64,000 nt of DNA, taken from contig OZ024744.1 of assembly GCA_964016885.1 (NCBI GenBank), positions 65,782,001 through 65,846,000 on the forward strand. The letters are read 5' to 3'. This document shows positions 1 through 13,744 of the stretch, piece after piece. Numbering within the stretch: the first letter of the stretch is position 1; each line of letters starts with the position of its first letter. The notes under the pieces were generated by a model. The model had not been told where the DNA came from. It ran no database searches and worked only from the letters and a program-made list of their open reading frames with translations. Both the position numbers and the translations under genes were made by a program. Source of the DNA: Eledone cirrhosa (taxonomy: Eukaryota).

Positions 1-1067
1 CTTGTCATTCTGAGTTCAAATCCCACCAAGGTTAACTTTGCCTTTCATCCTTACGGGGTCGATAAAATAAAGTACCAGTAATGTACTGGGTGGTTGCTGG
101 CCTTGTGCCAAAAGTAGAAACAATTATTTATTTTGAGAACAATACCTTAACATCAGAATGAGCAGCCAGTTTGTACAGAAAGAGGTGAGAGAATTCTGGC
201 TGGATACAGCCGGTTTAGATGCTAAAGGGTTAACGTTAACTGCTTCAACACAGGTTTTTGACTATGAAAAATAGTCTTAACAAGTTGGATAGATGGGAAA
301 AAAAAACGCAGTGTTGCCTATGGGATTCAATCTGTCGTACAATGGACGGCTGAACTAGCGATTACATCAAAGAGAGCTGGCAAATCTTTCAAAGATTTTA
401 AGCCTTATCTTGAGTTGTACAGACTGTATAAATGTGTATATAAATTTGTACATTTTTAGTACAAATACATGTAAACATGCTAAATATATGTATTTCCCTG
501 TAAATTGAACAAGAAGAAACAAAGGGTATTTACCTTCTTAATCGATTTTTGGACTTACTTGGGTTAATCATCATCAGAAGTTATGTATTTCATATAAAAT
601 ATTTTTTCTTGGAAATATATAACTGAAGAGCAAATACACCCTATAATTTATTGTAGCAGCCTGAAATGTAAGTACTAATTTGTGTATTAGTAGAGCTTCT
701 GCTGGTAGTTAGTTATACTATGTCAGAAAATCGATTAAAAGTGGTTACGCAGTGATGAGTAGAAGGAGAGGGGATGTTGTGGTGGTAAAAATACCTAAGC
801 AGAGATAGTGGTGGGAGCATGGATGGTGTGGTCAACAGGGGCACTCACCACAGTTTCGGAGGGGGGGGGGATATACAGAATAGCTAAGGAGTGAGAGTGG
901 AAGTGGCATGGATGGGGTGCACAGGGAAGGAGAGGGCAACTATTACGATATGATAGTGAGGGCATCTAAGGGTTGAGACTAGAGGAGACATGGATGGAGT
1001 AGATGTGTGCTGTGATGGTGAGGATACTTACTAGGAAGTGGGGGGGGGTGCTGGGAGGGGACAGATC

Positions 1068-1821
1068 ACATTCTGTGCTGGTGACTGGGTCTTCACCAGT
1101 CCAACATAGCACCTACCCTCACAGTCCTTTGTCTTTTCTGTTGTGAGGCTTAGTTTTATACGGTCAGCCTTCACTATCTCATCCTACGTCTTCTTGGGTC
1201 TGCGTCTTCCATTGGTTCTAACTACAGAGATTTCTGTACAGCTGTTATCTATCATACACATCACATGTCCATACCAATGCAATTTTCTATTTTGCACACT
1301 ATATCCAATTTCTCTTATGCCAAGTTTTTCTCTATGTTTGCTTATGCTACATCATTAATGCATGCCAACATTACACATCCATCAGAGCATACATGCTTCA
1401 CTTTTTTCCAGCCATCACATGTCTTCTGTAGCAGTGCAGTCATATGTAGGCATCATACAGCCTATCCTTCACTGAGAGAGAAGCCTTTTGTTGCCAGAAG
1501 AGGTACCATCTCCCTAAACTTCTTCCAGCCTGGCTATCACACTTTCAGAGCATTCTTTCCCACTGCTGATTAGGTTGCATAGGTAACAAAAGCTGTCAAC
1601 AACCACTAAGGAGCCTCCCTGGTGACACTATTTATTTTACATGTGCTCTTAGTGCTCACTTCCCTGGTGCATCTGCCACATACAAAGTCTATCTTTTCTA
1701 TTAGCCTGCTTGCAATCCCACTACATCTCTTGTGCGTCCATATATTACATTGTGTGCACCTTATAGAATTTCTACCTACCCCTAAGTAATTTATTGAACA
1801 AGGCCACTTCTCAGATTCCAC
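1068..1821 (-). mobile_element. decayed RTE LINE fragment
   Basis: KWPCS...GVGRNSIRCTQCNIWTHKRCSGI, homologous to the 15.6-17.9 kb ORF. Confidence 0.8.
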
Positions 1822-1822
1822 T

Positions 1823-2165
1823 TGAGGAGGAAAATAGAGGTAGAGAGTGAAGTGCAGCCTTCAAAGCAATTTGTTAAAAGGTGGGTGAGAGAAGCGATCA
1901 TGGCCCAAGTGAATGGGCCCACCCTGAGTGTAAGCTTTTAGATCGGGGGTTTTCCACAAATGTCCCTCAAATGTCTCCTCCCTATTTAGGAAACTTCTTT
2001 GTTTTAATTTTATCATCTTTTTTTTAACATTGTTAAAATTTGTTTACATGCAAAACACGCACACATACACACACTCTGTTTTCGTCCTGTACTGTTATAA
2101 TATTTTTCTTGATGTGGGCCCTTTGTGGTTAATAAAGAAATCATTATTATCATCATTATTAATAT
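1823..2165 (+). mobile_element. L1/Tx1-like 3' remnant (related copy at about 4330-4800)
   Basis: Shared TTTGTTAAxAGGTGGGTGA (FVKRWV) block, T-rich UTR, AATAAAGAA and trinucleotide tail. Confidence 0.5.
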
Positions 2166-2790
2166 CATCCTTATCATTAGGTTTAAAAACTTTATTTCGA
2201 TTAACAGATTTTCTATACATGTTAGTAAGAAAATGTTCAGCTAATTTAAAAAGCAAATAAATCTCCAGATTTTTTTCAAAGCACATATTAGTTCTTCTCG
2301 CCTCATTAAATAATGTAATTAGATCTCTTTTATTCTCTTTGCATACAAATAGCTGAAACTTGAGTGAATGTTTTCACATGTTGCTGTTATGCCTTTTTAT
2401 TTTTAAAGGTGATATTTGCTTGTAATTTTTTGAAATATTTATATCTATGTTCAGAGATTAATATATCTCAGTTTCAGAAGATCTCATATAAGGGTGAAAA
2501 CAAAAATTATTTACTTAAACTTTTAATCTATTCTAATAATTGATAAACTGTATGTTATCACTGCCTCCATTGGTGATCAGCCTTGTCCAATCAGATCGGA
2601 GTTTAGTTAGGAATATATGATATCCTGAATTATTGTCATTTGATTATAATGTATAATGATTAGCCCTATAAAGGTGATTTTAACCTTTTAGCATTCGGTG
2701 GATTGGCAGTATCAGTAGAGGGTCGGACGCCATGCTTTGCAGCACAGTTATGTCCCTTTATGGTCTGAGATCAAATCCCATTGAGGTTAA

Positions 2791-3229
2791 ATATTAATAA
2801 TAATGAAATATTGTGTACAGTGCTCAGATGCACTACAACTCATCAAAAAGTGTATGTATAGTACATAGGGTAATGTACAAACATCAGGAAAATGAACAGT
2901 GCATGAGTCATGATACACACGTGTGTGCATGTGTATGGAAGGGGTACATCAGGTGTTGTTTTAGCGTATTTCGGGAAGCATGAGTGTCTTAAAGGATGCA
3001 GTGTCTCGGCAGCTAACAACTGATGCAGGCAGTTTGTTCCATGCTTCAGCAACTCTGAGCGTGAAAAAATGTTTACGAAAGTCATGGGAGCTGTGCTGTT
3101 TTCTGATTTTGTAGGCATGTCCACGTGTGTTAGACACATGGAGATCAAAAAGGTGCTCAGGGTTGCAATTGGCGAGATGGTTAATAACTTTGTGGGTATT
3201 TACCAAGTCCATTGCCAGACGTCGGAGCT
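2791..3229 (-). mobile_element. CR1-type LINE 3' fragment
   Basis: TRGHAYKI...RKHFFTLRVAEAWNKLP C-terminal motif, 3' UTR and (ATT)n tail. Confidence 0.85.
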
Positions 3230-4829
3230 TTAACTTTGCCTTTCATCCTTACAGGGTCGATAAAATAAAGTACCAGTAATGTACTGGGTAATTGCTGGCC
3301 TTGTGCCAAAAGTAGAAACAATTATTTTATATATACTATTATATTTTCATGGTAAAGGCTTTACCTCACATAATATCGAATCTGAGATTTTGAGAGTATT
3401 TATGTTGAGAACAATATCTTAACATCAGTTTGAGCGACCAGTTACAGCCAGTTTCAACAGAAAAAAGTAGAGAATTCTGGACGGTTTTGGCCGGTTTGAA
3501 CACGAAAGGGTTAATGCGATTGTAGTGTAGAATCTAAGAAAAAATTTCTGTCTGGTTTGAAGTGTTCCTTTATTTCTGTATTCTGGGAAGTGTGATAACA
3601 TTTGTACTTCTAGTCTGTAACATTTTTGTTTTTGTTGAAGTTATCAACATTATCGTTTTTACATTCACTTTTCCATGCTGGCATGGGTTGGAAAGGACTT
3701 TTTGAGGCAGTATTTTATAGTTGCTTGCTCTTTCTTGTTCTAAAAACCTGACTACAAACAAATAAATCATTGTTGTTTTTTATGTATGGTTGTGTATTTT
3801 TTATTTTTTTAAATTGTATTTTTGTAAGTATTTTGTACTTTTCTAAAACCCCATTGTGTTTTAGAGCCTGCAGTATGTAGAATCATGGGTTTCATTCTCT
3901 GGTGGTCTTGTGGCTAGAAAAGTAACTCTCTATATGAGAAACAAAAACAAAAGAGACACATCAACTGACAATCATTCAAACTCTGATCATTTTATCTTTT
4001 TGGGCTTATTATATTTTGCTTTTCATCTTTTTAAGTTTGATAAAAAAAAAAAAAGGCACTAGTCCAAGTACTAGGGTCAATTCTTCCACCCCCACTCTGT
4101 TTCTCTCTCTTTCGAAGAAGTTGGCATTGTTCAAACCTGGAGATGGTATGGGTTCACATGTTAACTATATGTTATGGCATCCCTACATACATATTCAGGA
4201 ATATTTCATCATAGTAAGATGTGTAAACATACAGTATCCCATATATATATACCCATCTTAATGAGTCCCCCCCCCCCCTCACACACACACACTTCTCCCC
4301 CACACTACACCAGATCCACTGCTCAGAGCTGTTTGAATAACTGACCCCCTTTCTTGAAATTTCTGAATTTGTGCCTGTGTTAGAAATTGTGTAGTAGACG
4401 CAGCCGAATGGACTGAAGACTGGTGCTTTCTTCTTTGGCCAAGCTTTCTTCAATTTTTTTCAAGTTCACTTAGAAAAGAAGGTGAGAATGGAGAGAGAAG
4501 TGCTACATTTGTTAAGAGGTGGGTGAATGTAGCAAGGATGGCTTGAGTGAATCAGCCTACTCTGACCATGCGCTTGTAGGCTAGAGAGTTCAGAATGGAG
4601 GGAAACGCCATCCTAATGCTCCTCCCTTATTGGGGAATTCTGTTGTTATCTATTTTCTTTATCTGTTATCTATTTTCTTTGTTTACACGATGAATTATAT
4701 ATAAATCTCCATTGTCCTTGTCCATTTGTATTGTCCCTTGTTTTTCGCCCCTGGTGGTCAGTAAAGAATTATTATTATTGGCCTTGTACCTAAATCATTA
4801 TTATCATTATTATTTGTGTATATTTGTAG

Positions 4830-4953
4830 GTATCTCGAGCACAGATACTCAAAAAAGCAGCAGATTATATTCAATTTATGCGAACAAAGAACCTTGGCCA
4901 TCAAAAGGATATTGAAGATTTGAAAAAACAGAACACATATCTGGAAAAACAAA
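4830..4953 (+). CDS. MAX: MAX bHLH-Zip transcription factor, penultimate coding exon (helix 2 and leucine zipper)
   Basis: tttgtag|GTATCT...CAAA|gtaagt, 124 nt; translates [41 protein letters not shown], matching MAX 'SRAQIL.KA..YIQ.MR.KN..HQ.DI.DLK.QN..LE.Q'. Absent from the ORF track. Upstream exons not found in the window. Confidence 0.93.
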
Positions 4954-5269
4954 GTAAGTATAAATTTATAGCATATAACGTCCATGCACAGTGTGGCACA
5001 GCCAATATGATATTTGCTGCATGCCAAATCCAGGAAAAATGCTAGGAGCAGCACAACTCATTTGTGATGATCCATTGGCAGAGATGGCCAATGGAAAATA
5101 ATGGTAAAGTTTGGCTGCTTTAGCAGGTTTGTCACAGTTGTTTGGGTGTTCCACAATGGTGTGATGGTGATGAGTCGGAAAACTTTGCAGTGATTAACAG
5201 TGTGAAGCACTTGTCACTACACTTTTCTGTGGCATCTTTTTTGCTGTGCTGCACTAACAAAACCAAAGT

Positions 5270-5980
5270 TATGTATGTACCTGCCTGCACCTGAAAAGCC
5301 CTACCTTGAACGATACATCATAGGGAAAGGGCAAAAACTACAAGCAGCTAATAACTTCACATATCTGGGAAGCACCATTTCAGAAATGTCAAACATAAAT
5401 GCCAAGGTCAGTAACAGGATTGCTAAAACAGTGTTGCTTTTGTGAGGTTCTGGGAGTGTCTACAGCAGACATGCTAAACAGCTCAGCCATTTCCATTTGA
5501 GCTGCCTCTGCAGATTTCTCCACATATGGTGGCAGGACAAAGGCCCTGACTCAGAGGCTTGAAATGGACTCATACACAGTGTCCTCACCCTCCTACAGAA
5601 GGCTCAAGTCAAATGAACTGGTTAGGTTTGGATGTCTGACTGCAGACCATTGAAACAGCTAGTTTGGAGAGGTGAGCTGGGAAAAGTACTTAGACAGTTG
5701 ACTGAAGAAAGTCTAAAAGTGCTCCTCAAAAACCAGGATCATCCAACTTGGCGAAGTAAAATCTTTGAAGGAGCATTTACAGCAGAAACCAGACACATCG
5801 CAGAGGCTCAGAGGAAACGTTCCACATGCAAGGCATGAGCCCCATCCATTTTCATTTCTACACTTACTCATATGTGCCCCACATGTGAGCATAGTTTCTA
5901 GGCATGGGTTAGCTTCACCTCTAAATCCACCACAAAACAATGAAGTGATGATCGTCTTCGACTCTGAAAGATGAATAACT
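5270..5980 (+). mobile_element. decayed RTE/BovB-like LINE 3' fragment
   Basis: FTYLGSTIS, NRIAK and FHLSCLCRFLHIWWQDK fragments. Confidence 0.7.
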
Positions 5981-6190
5981 TGTTAAGAGTCCACACAATT
6001 GCAAGCATTCGGGTTGGGTTTGAAGTCTGAAGAGAACGAAAGATGAAAGTTATCTGCAAACCATCAATTAATAAATGAAGAATTTAGAAAGATTTATTAA
6101 AATCATTCATTATTAAGATACTAATTTTTGTAATGAATGTTTTTTTTATATAAAATTATTTTGGAAGATTATAAAAATAAATAGGAACCA

Positions 6191-6409
6191 TTTAACCCTT
6201 TAGCATTTAAACCAGCTGTATCTGGCCAGAATTATCTCACTTTCCTTCTGTTCAAACCCACCATAACCGGCTGCTCATGTGGATGTTATAAGGTATTCAT
6301 CTCAAAATAATAATATTAAAATCTCATAGATTCTATATTATGTAAGGTAAAGCCTGTACTGTGAAAATACAATAGTAAATATAAAGTAATATAAATGCTA
6401 AAGGGTTAA
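6191..6409. mobile_element. piggyBac-like MITE (about 210 bp), representative copy
   Basis: TTAA|CCCTTTAGCATTT ... AAATGCTAAAGGG|TTAA; further copies near 2680-3514, 12277-12447, 21048-21245, 24606-24817, 25082-25295, 30720-30922, 38979-39369, 39915-40126, 42259-42475, 49727-50058, 50197-50379, 50938-51062. Confidence 0.88.
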
Positions 6410-7016
6410 AATAGTTTTATTTAGTATTGAAAGTTTAAAAAACAAAACAATTTGATGTGAAATTATTAATCACACAGCAATGCTTGTTTTGAATATATGT
6501 GGGAGCCTGGCTTAACTATGATAATATGTGAAAATGTGTGGGAGCCCAGCTTAATTCTGATAAAATCTAAATATCTATGTGAGAGCCTGGCTTAACTATA
6601 ATAGTGTGGGAAGCCTGCTTCATTGTAATAATTTTCTTATAAATTTCATTACAAAATAATTTTTTATTTTTTTAAATTTTTATGATGGTGATAAATCACT
6701 TTCTTGATTGTTATATTTGCAATGTTTTAGCCCCTATAACCTCCAGTTTTTTTTATGGTGCCTGTCATATTTGAAAATTAAAATAAAACAGTTAAAAATT
6801 GTGAGATGATATTACCTAACACAACAAACACCTAAACAAGGTCAAAGAGGATAACATTGTGATTATAACAACCAAGATAAGGGAGACTAGCTTGAATAAA
6901 TCAGTTTATAATAATAATTCTGGCGATATATTTGTTTTGCAAGGTTTTTTTTTATATGAAATCATGTGTTGAAACAGATATTGTTATATTTAAGGATTTT
7001 TGCCCTAATATTACCA

Positions 7017-7372
7017 GAAAAATATAGTAAAACACACTCATCACTGTTTGGTCTGGTTTGGCTTTCGCTTCAGTATATTTTTATATTTCTATAAATAATT
7101 TAGCTGGCAATCAATGTTTATCATTGACCAACATTTAAAAATATAGATATGTAGTTTCTCAAAGTTCTTTCATCACACATATCTGCAACATTCTCAGTGA
7201 TTATCATGTTTCCATGTTTCCTCCTGTTGTGTTCCTTTCTACCTATTTTTAAATGTTGGTCAATGATAAACTTTGATTGCCAACTAAATTATTTATAGAA
7301 ATATAAAAATATACTGAAGCGAAAGCCAAACCACAAACCAAACAGTGATGAGTGTGTTTTACTATATTTTTC
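7017..7372. repeat. inverted repeat, about 127-bp arms, 100-nt spacer, in the last MAX intron
   Basis: 7017-7143 vs 7244-7372, few mismatches. Confidence 0.93.
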
Positions 7373-7498
7373 ACATAACAATAATAATTCCTCATTTCAG
7401 AAGTCCATACAAAATTGTTTTTTGTTTTATATGTTCATTATTTATTTTTCTCTCTCTCTCTCTTTTTAATTTTTTATAAAACCCCTAACTTTATATAG

Positions 7499-7665
7499 TA
7501 CGTGCTCTAGAAAAGGCGAAAAATACAGGTTCCTATACTGCAATGCATACGGTGGGTGCACCAACGCAGGTTTCTGCATACACCAATGATACTGAGTCTG
7601 AAAGTGATGGATTAGATGCACCTTCTACTCATGGACGACGGAAAAGGTTGAAGACTGCCAACTGA
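7499..7665 (+). CDS. MAX: MAX terminal coding exon
   Basis: Phase-1 acceptor tatag|TA completes ATA(I); reads IRALEKAKNTGSYTAMHTVGAPTQVSAYTNDTESESDGLDAPSTHGRRKRLKTAN*: RALEKA zipper end, acidic patch and basic NLS typical of MAX. Confidence 0.92.
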
Positions 7666-10600
7666 ACTATATATAAGCAAAGAATATAGAAATTGTGGAC
7701 TATTTTCTCACTCAAATCATGTGGAGTGTTTATTGGAAAAAAGAGCAAAAATGTGAAAGATTTTTTTTTTCTTTTGTTATCAGTTTGCAGATATGTCAGT
7801 CTGACAAAACAATTTGATAAATGTGAAAATATGATCATGATGGGTATTTCCCACTAACACAGATATTGAAATGTGAAAGTTTAATGCTATGTGACTTATG
7901 TACGTAGTACATACTCTTACATTCAAACACATACATGCTATTATAAGATTACACACCTATACACATATTCATACAGATCTACTTGTTAAAACACATACAC
8001 ACACAGATAAATGTGATGGAATAAATGTGAACGTTGCTGAGAGTGTGTCTATGCAGATACTAATAATTATAACTTGAAAAAAAGAAAAAAAAAAAAAAAA
8101 AAAAAAAAGAAAAAGATATATATGTGGGTTGTTTAAATTATACAAAATCAAATAGTATTTTATGAAATTATAATTCAATGCATATTTTTTTCTTCATCTA
8201 AAATATTATGCATTTATGAACCTGCTAATAAATTGTTTTTGCATACATTTGATTAGATTATTATACATATGTATAAATATATGCACATGTTGGTCAAATT
8301 AAGCATTGAAGCGGAGGGTTATTAGACAACTACAACATATATGCACATATGGCTACATGTGCAATATTTTTTACTACGCACATACAATAACATTATTTGA
8401 TCAATTATTCATTCCATCCTTGAAACATATAACCCTTAAATTACACACACTCTCTCTCTCACACACACTCACACAGACAGACAGACACATACATACATAT
8501 ATATATATGTGCACATAGATTGTAGAGCTTTCTGAGAACAATATCTAGAGAGGAAAAAGAATTTGTGAGTTTTGATTGATGAACCCAGATTGCAAAAAAA
8601 AAAAAAACACAAAACAAAATCTTGTACTATGCTACATCTTTTAATGGTGTTCTTTCAATCATAACAGATCAATAAAATGGTTCTACTCAATTGTAACACA
8701 TCTACACTGAGTTAATACCTTTTCATAAGAAAATCTTTTAACACTGACTTTTGGTTCAGTAAGAAAATAGTATTCATTATTTTTAAGAGATTTCATTCTA
8801 GATTTCTAGGGACCAAAATGCCATTGTAGTAGAGAAAACATCATCTTATCATCTTATTATATTCTCTGTAAACATATATTTAAATACAAGTAAAATATTA
8901 ACTGTAAAAAAACGAAAACAACAAAAAAAAAAAGTTATATTTAGATTCTTAAGAGAAATACATAATTTATGTTGGTTGGGATGGAATTGAAATACTTTAA
9001 TAGAAATATTTGCTGTTTTTTTGTTTTTTTTTTTAATTAATATATTAGAAATTTATGTCAGTGATTTTCAAGCTAAAGATAATTTCCACTGAAGAAAAAC
9101 AGAAGGGTAAAGATAATTTATATTACAAAATTATGTACAGGTGTGACTATTTTTTAGACGTTTTTAGCTCCCTTTATGATAAGATGGTTCAAAATATATC
9201 CCAAGCAACATTTATATTCATGAATAATTGAATTTGTCAGCCTTATTTCAACCAATGAACAATCACTTGCATTTATTAGTTCAAGAGAATTTGGATATGT
9301 ATATATATATATTTCTTTAGTTTTAACCTTGTTGGCTATAGATATTGTCACGAAATGTTTTACTAAAATTTAAAATGCAAGTGTGCATGTGTTCACTCAC
9401 ACATACTGACCTAAATACTGCACTTCATAATTTATTTTTTAACACTACTGTATAACATAGCTACTGATTAATATATCTAACCAGCATTCAAGCCTACATA
9501 TTAGAAAATGTTTCCTGAGAATCAACATGGGAATGTTTTCTGACATATGTAATCATTGAACAGATATGCAAATTGGTGTTTTTTTTTTTTAACCATAATG
9601 TTAGTTTTTAATTGAGAGATGCCATAAAAAACAAAATGATGGTTAGTGTGGATGTGTGTGTGAAAATGGTTATGAGAGGTATATTTTGCAGGTATGACTG
9701 TACACATTTGGTTAAATGTGGTATGTGTGTATGTGTGTGAGATATCAGTTGATTTTTTTTTGTGGGTGGGGAGGGTGGGGTATGAGAGAGTTCTCTGCCT
9801 TACCCAAAGACTATAATTATGCATACAGGTATTTGTATAATTATATTTTATTTTTTAGTTATTCTCTGTAACCTGTTGAAAAGGTACAGAAACATTCAGA
9901 ATTACCTCCTGATGCTTTCCAAAGACTTTTAAAAGAATTGTTTTGTTATATATTATATACATCATATAAACACATATATTATACATATGTATGTATGTAT
10001 GTATATATGTATATACATATGTATATAAATCATATATGTATGTATGTGTGTGTGTGTGTGTGTATGTATATATATATATAATGCATATAATATATATTAT
10101 ATATGTATTATATACATGTATATGTATATTATATATACCTGTTGTTCGTTATCTCCCCATGTGTAAAGTCATTATTCACCACCTTGTTTCATGCACACCG
10201 TTCATTCACGACACTGTTATACCAGCTGTCAGTGGGGGATTGTTCAATCCACACTGATTAGTATTCACATTCAGATAATAAATTTGCTTTTTAAAGACAG
10301 TCTGCAGGAAGCTATCTTGGAATATAAATCTCTTCATTTGTCTTTTATATAATGAGTGTTTGGGGATTAATGAAATAATAAAGAACAAATGGACTGTACA
10401 TATGATACTGATTGGCACAGTTTGAAGCAACTTGAAGAATTTATTCTCACCAGATACTTTCCGATGGCATCAGTGGTTTTTTTTACTTTCATCTTATTAT
10501 ACCCCAGTACTATTACTAATATGTTTTAAATTAATATTTTGATTGTGTGCAGAATACTAAATAGAATTGTTTTTTTTTTGTATTCTTAGTGGTGTTTGTT

Positions 10601-11100
10601 TTACATTAGTATTAAGTTAACTATTTAATTCTCCTTAGAGTTTTGTTTTTTCCCTGATTTCTTATCCTTACCATTTACAGGCCTGCCAACCTCTAAAAAA
10701 ACCCAAAGTTGACAGTCTGCATTTAAGTAAATTTTTTTTTTTTTTTTTCTTCTCACCATACTATGCAGTTTTTATTCAATACTCCTCACATAAATACTAT
10801 GTTGCTAGAGTTGCACAAGTCTAATGAGAATCATATTATTTTCATTAGCAAATATTGATAATTGATTAAAATATGTGACCAGTTGTCTTGTTCTCTCGCC
10901 ATAAAGGAGATATACATTTTTGTCCAGCCCGAAGAGACGTTTACATCAAACAATATCACTGAAATCTTTTATGATTCTGTTTACTCATATTATAATAAGG
11001 GATGTCGTATTTTTCTTCCATGTTTTTCCCTTACAAGACTTATGATGCAGCCATGAAAATATTTTATAATTGTTTTTAAGTTGCCATTAATATCTTTTGT
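7666..11100 (+). other. probable long MAX 3' UTR
   Basis: About 3.4 kb of AT-rich sequence after the stop, free of the SINE/MITE copies that are dense elsewhere; several AATAAA. End point is a guess. Confidence 0.45.
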
Positions 11101-13744
11101 GAGATACACTTGATTAAGATGAATTGAGATATACTCTGTTGAGTTCATCCATGTCGTATTGTCCACATAATTTTTTTAATTAAAAAGTAAAAAGTAAAAA
11201 CATTTTGTAAATGGTTCTTGTTATATGGGAGTGTGTCCATCAGTTTTTGGAGAAGGCAAGCTTCATCTTTAAAAAATGGAATAGGATAAACATAAACAGT
11301 ATTGTACGTTCCAGAAAAAAACCCCAAAAACCCATTGTTAGCCATTTTTGTAACTATATCTGATGATGAAAATTCACTGCTCATCATCATCATTTAAATG
11401 TCTGTTTTCCCTGCTATCAAAGGTTTTACTGGTCTTCACCGACTTAGTCTCTACTCAAGCAGGTCTACTGACCTCTCAGGTGTGTCAGAGGTCCTCCTCT
11501 CACATATGATGTTGCACTTTGCTGAATGTATTTTATCATGACGCCAAGCACTAGGGATGGTGTCATGTCTTTGACACAACTGTTGGGTCTTCCCACCTTT
11601 TGTTTGGCAAGATGTCTATGGGTGGATGCCATTCTTATTATCAACCACTTTATAATATGTACTAATAATTGTTTCTATTTTTGGCACAAGGCCAACAATT
11701 ATCCTAGTGTATTACTGGTATTTTATTTTATCCAACCCCCCCCCCCCCCCCCCCCGTAAGGATGAAAGGCAAAGTTAACCTCGGCGGGATATGAACTCAG
11801 ATCATAAAGGGCCGTAACTCTTTGCTGCAAAGCAAGGCGTCCGACGCTCTACCGATTCTGCCAATTCACCGCAATAATATTAGCTAATTTGCTACACAAG
11901 TGTAACGCATCTTAGAATGATGGTCCACTGTTTTCTATAGATTGTCACTACCTCCTTCCTTCAGTAGTCATCTCCCTTCCAGTGTGTGACAGACAAATAA
12001 CAAATATATATAGATATACACATTTGTTGTTATAGTTGATGGATGTGCCTATAGTGATGATTTTGTAACATAGGCGCAAAGCCACAAATTCTTAGAGTTT
12101 ATTATAATTAACACCATTATGTCCCTTTACAGTCTGAGTTCAAATCTCGACGAGGTTAACTTTGCTTTTCATCCTTACGGGGTCGATAAAATAAAGTACC
12201 AGTAATGTACTGGGTAATTGCTGGCCTTGTGCCTAAAGTAGAAACAATTATTTGAATTATTCTGATTTTATTAACTTAACCCTTTAGAATTTAAAGCAGC
12301 CGTATCTGGCCAGAATTCTTTCACTGGTTGTAACCAGCCATTCATTCTGATGTTACAGTATTGTTCTCAAAATAAATAATATAAAAAAAGCCTTTACTAT
12401 GAAAATATAATAGTAAATATAGAGTAATATAAATGCTAAAAGGTTAACATTTGATATCTTGTAATGATTTAGCTGAAAATGTCTACAAACGAGTTTGTTA
12501 ATTTAAATGGTTACGGTATTTTTTCTTTAGTGGACAGAACGATATGAAAATTTGCAGTATTATAGTAGATTTCACTATATAATTTTGATACAGTCATATT
12601 GCTGTTTTGGTACTTTTCAAGAATGACTTAATACTGAGGTCTCATGTAGTACAAGACAGTAAGATGTAATATGACATGACAAAATTCTCTTATTAGTGTA
12701 GAGACCATTTAATTGTTAAGAAAAAATTTATATATCTAAGGTACATAAAAAAAACTGGTTTTGAAGTTTGTCTGTGTGTCAAATAGCTGTTAATGTCCTC
12801 ATAGCATAACTGTTTGAAAAGTAACCGGTGACATTTTTTTACGCCTACCATAATCAATATACTATGCAATGTAGATATTCGGCAAACATTTAATGGTATA
12901 TACCATACTTAAAATAATATATGGGTTAATGTCAGGACAAGCATCCAACTGTAGACTACTGCCTGAAAAAGTCCTGTTCAACTCGTGCAAGCATGGAAAA
13001 AAGCAGATGTAAAAGCAATGATAAATAATGAGTTGACAAGATTTCTCTATATGGTCACTTGGAGTGTTAGATATAGCAGCCAAATCTTGCTCAATTAACA
13101 CTCTACTACATTAAAGAAAGGAAAGTTACCCTGCACAGACAATATAGTATATAAGCATGCAAGATAGTCAGGACTGGAACATTAAGACTATTGTATCCTG
13201 GTTTTTAGAATAGGTACACCACATCCCTGTGAGTCATAAGAAGTGACAAAGGGTTGGTATCAGGAAGGGCATCTAGCTGTAAAACATTGTCTAAACCTAT
13301 GCCATGGAAAAATGGACAAAACAATAAGGATTCAGGTGGGATAGGTTGTTTGAATTTTTTTCTTCATTTTTATTTATTTCCCACTCCAGGTTGGTGAAAT
13401 GGACATTAAAAATATTTGTCCAGATATAGAAAACAACTTTATTCACACATATCTTGTAGATAGGTGGGGTATGACAAGAAATATTAGGAAAAAGGCAGAA
13501 TTATTCTAACAAAACTAGTTTTAATGATGTCTATATATTGAGCATCTACATGGAAGCTTGATCTTAAAATAGTAGCAAAATCTCCCTAAAATTACGTCCT
13601 AAAAAGACATTGGATAATGTGATTCTGGTTGTGAAGGTGTGTGGCTTACTGGTTAGAGAGTTGGACTCGCATTTGATTCAGGCTGAGTGATGTGTTGTGT
13701 CTTTGAGCAAGATACTTTATTTCATGTTTCTCTTTCTACCAGGA

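Noticed and set aside
529-748. Short inverted ends TTAATCGATTTT/AAAATCGATTAA suggesting a MITE
   Set aside because: Short, imperfect, no clear TSD and no second copy in the window.
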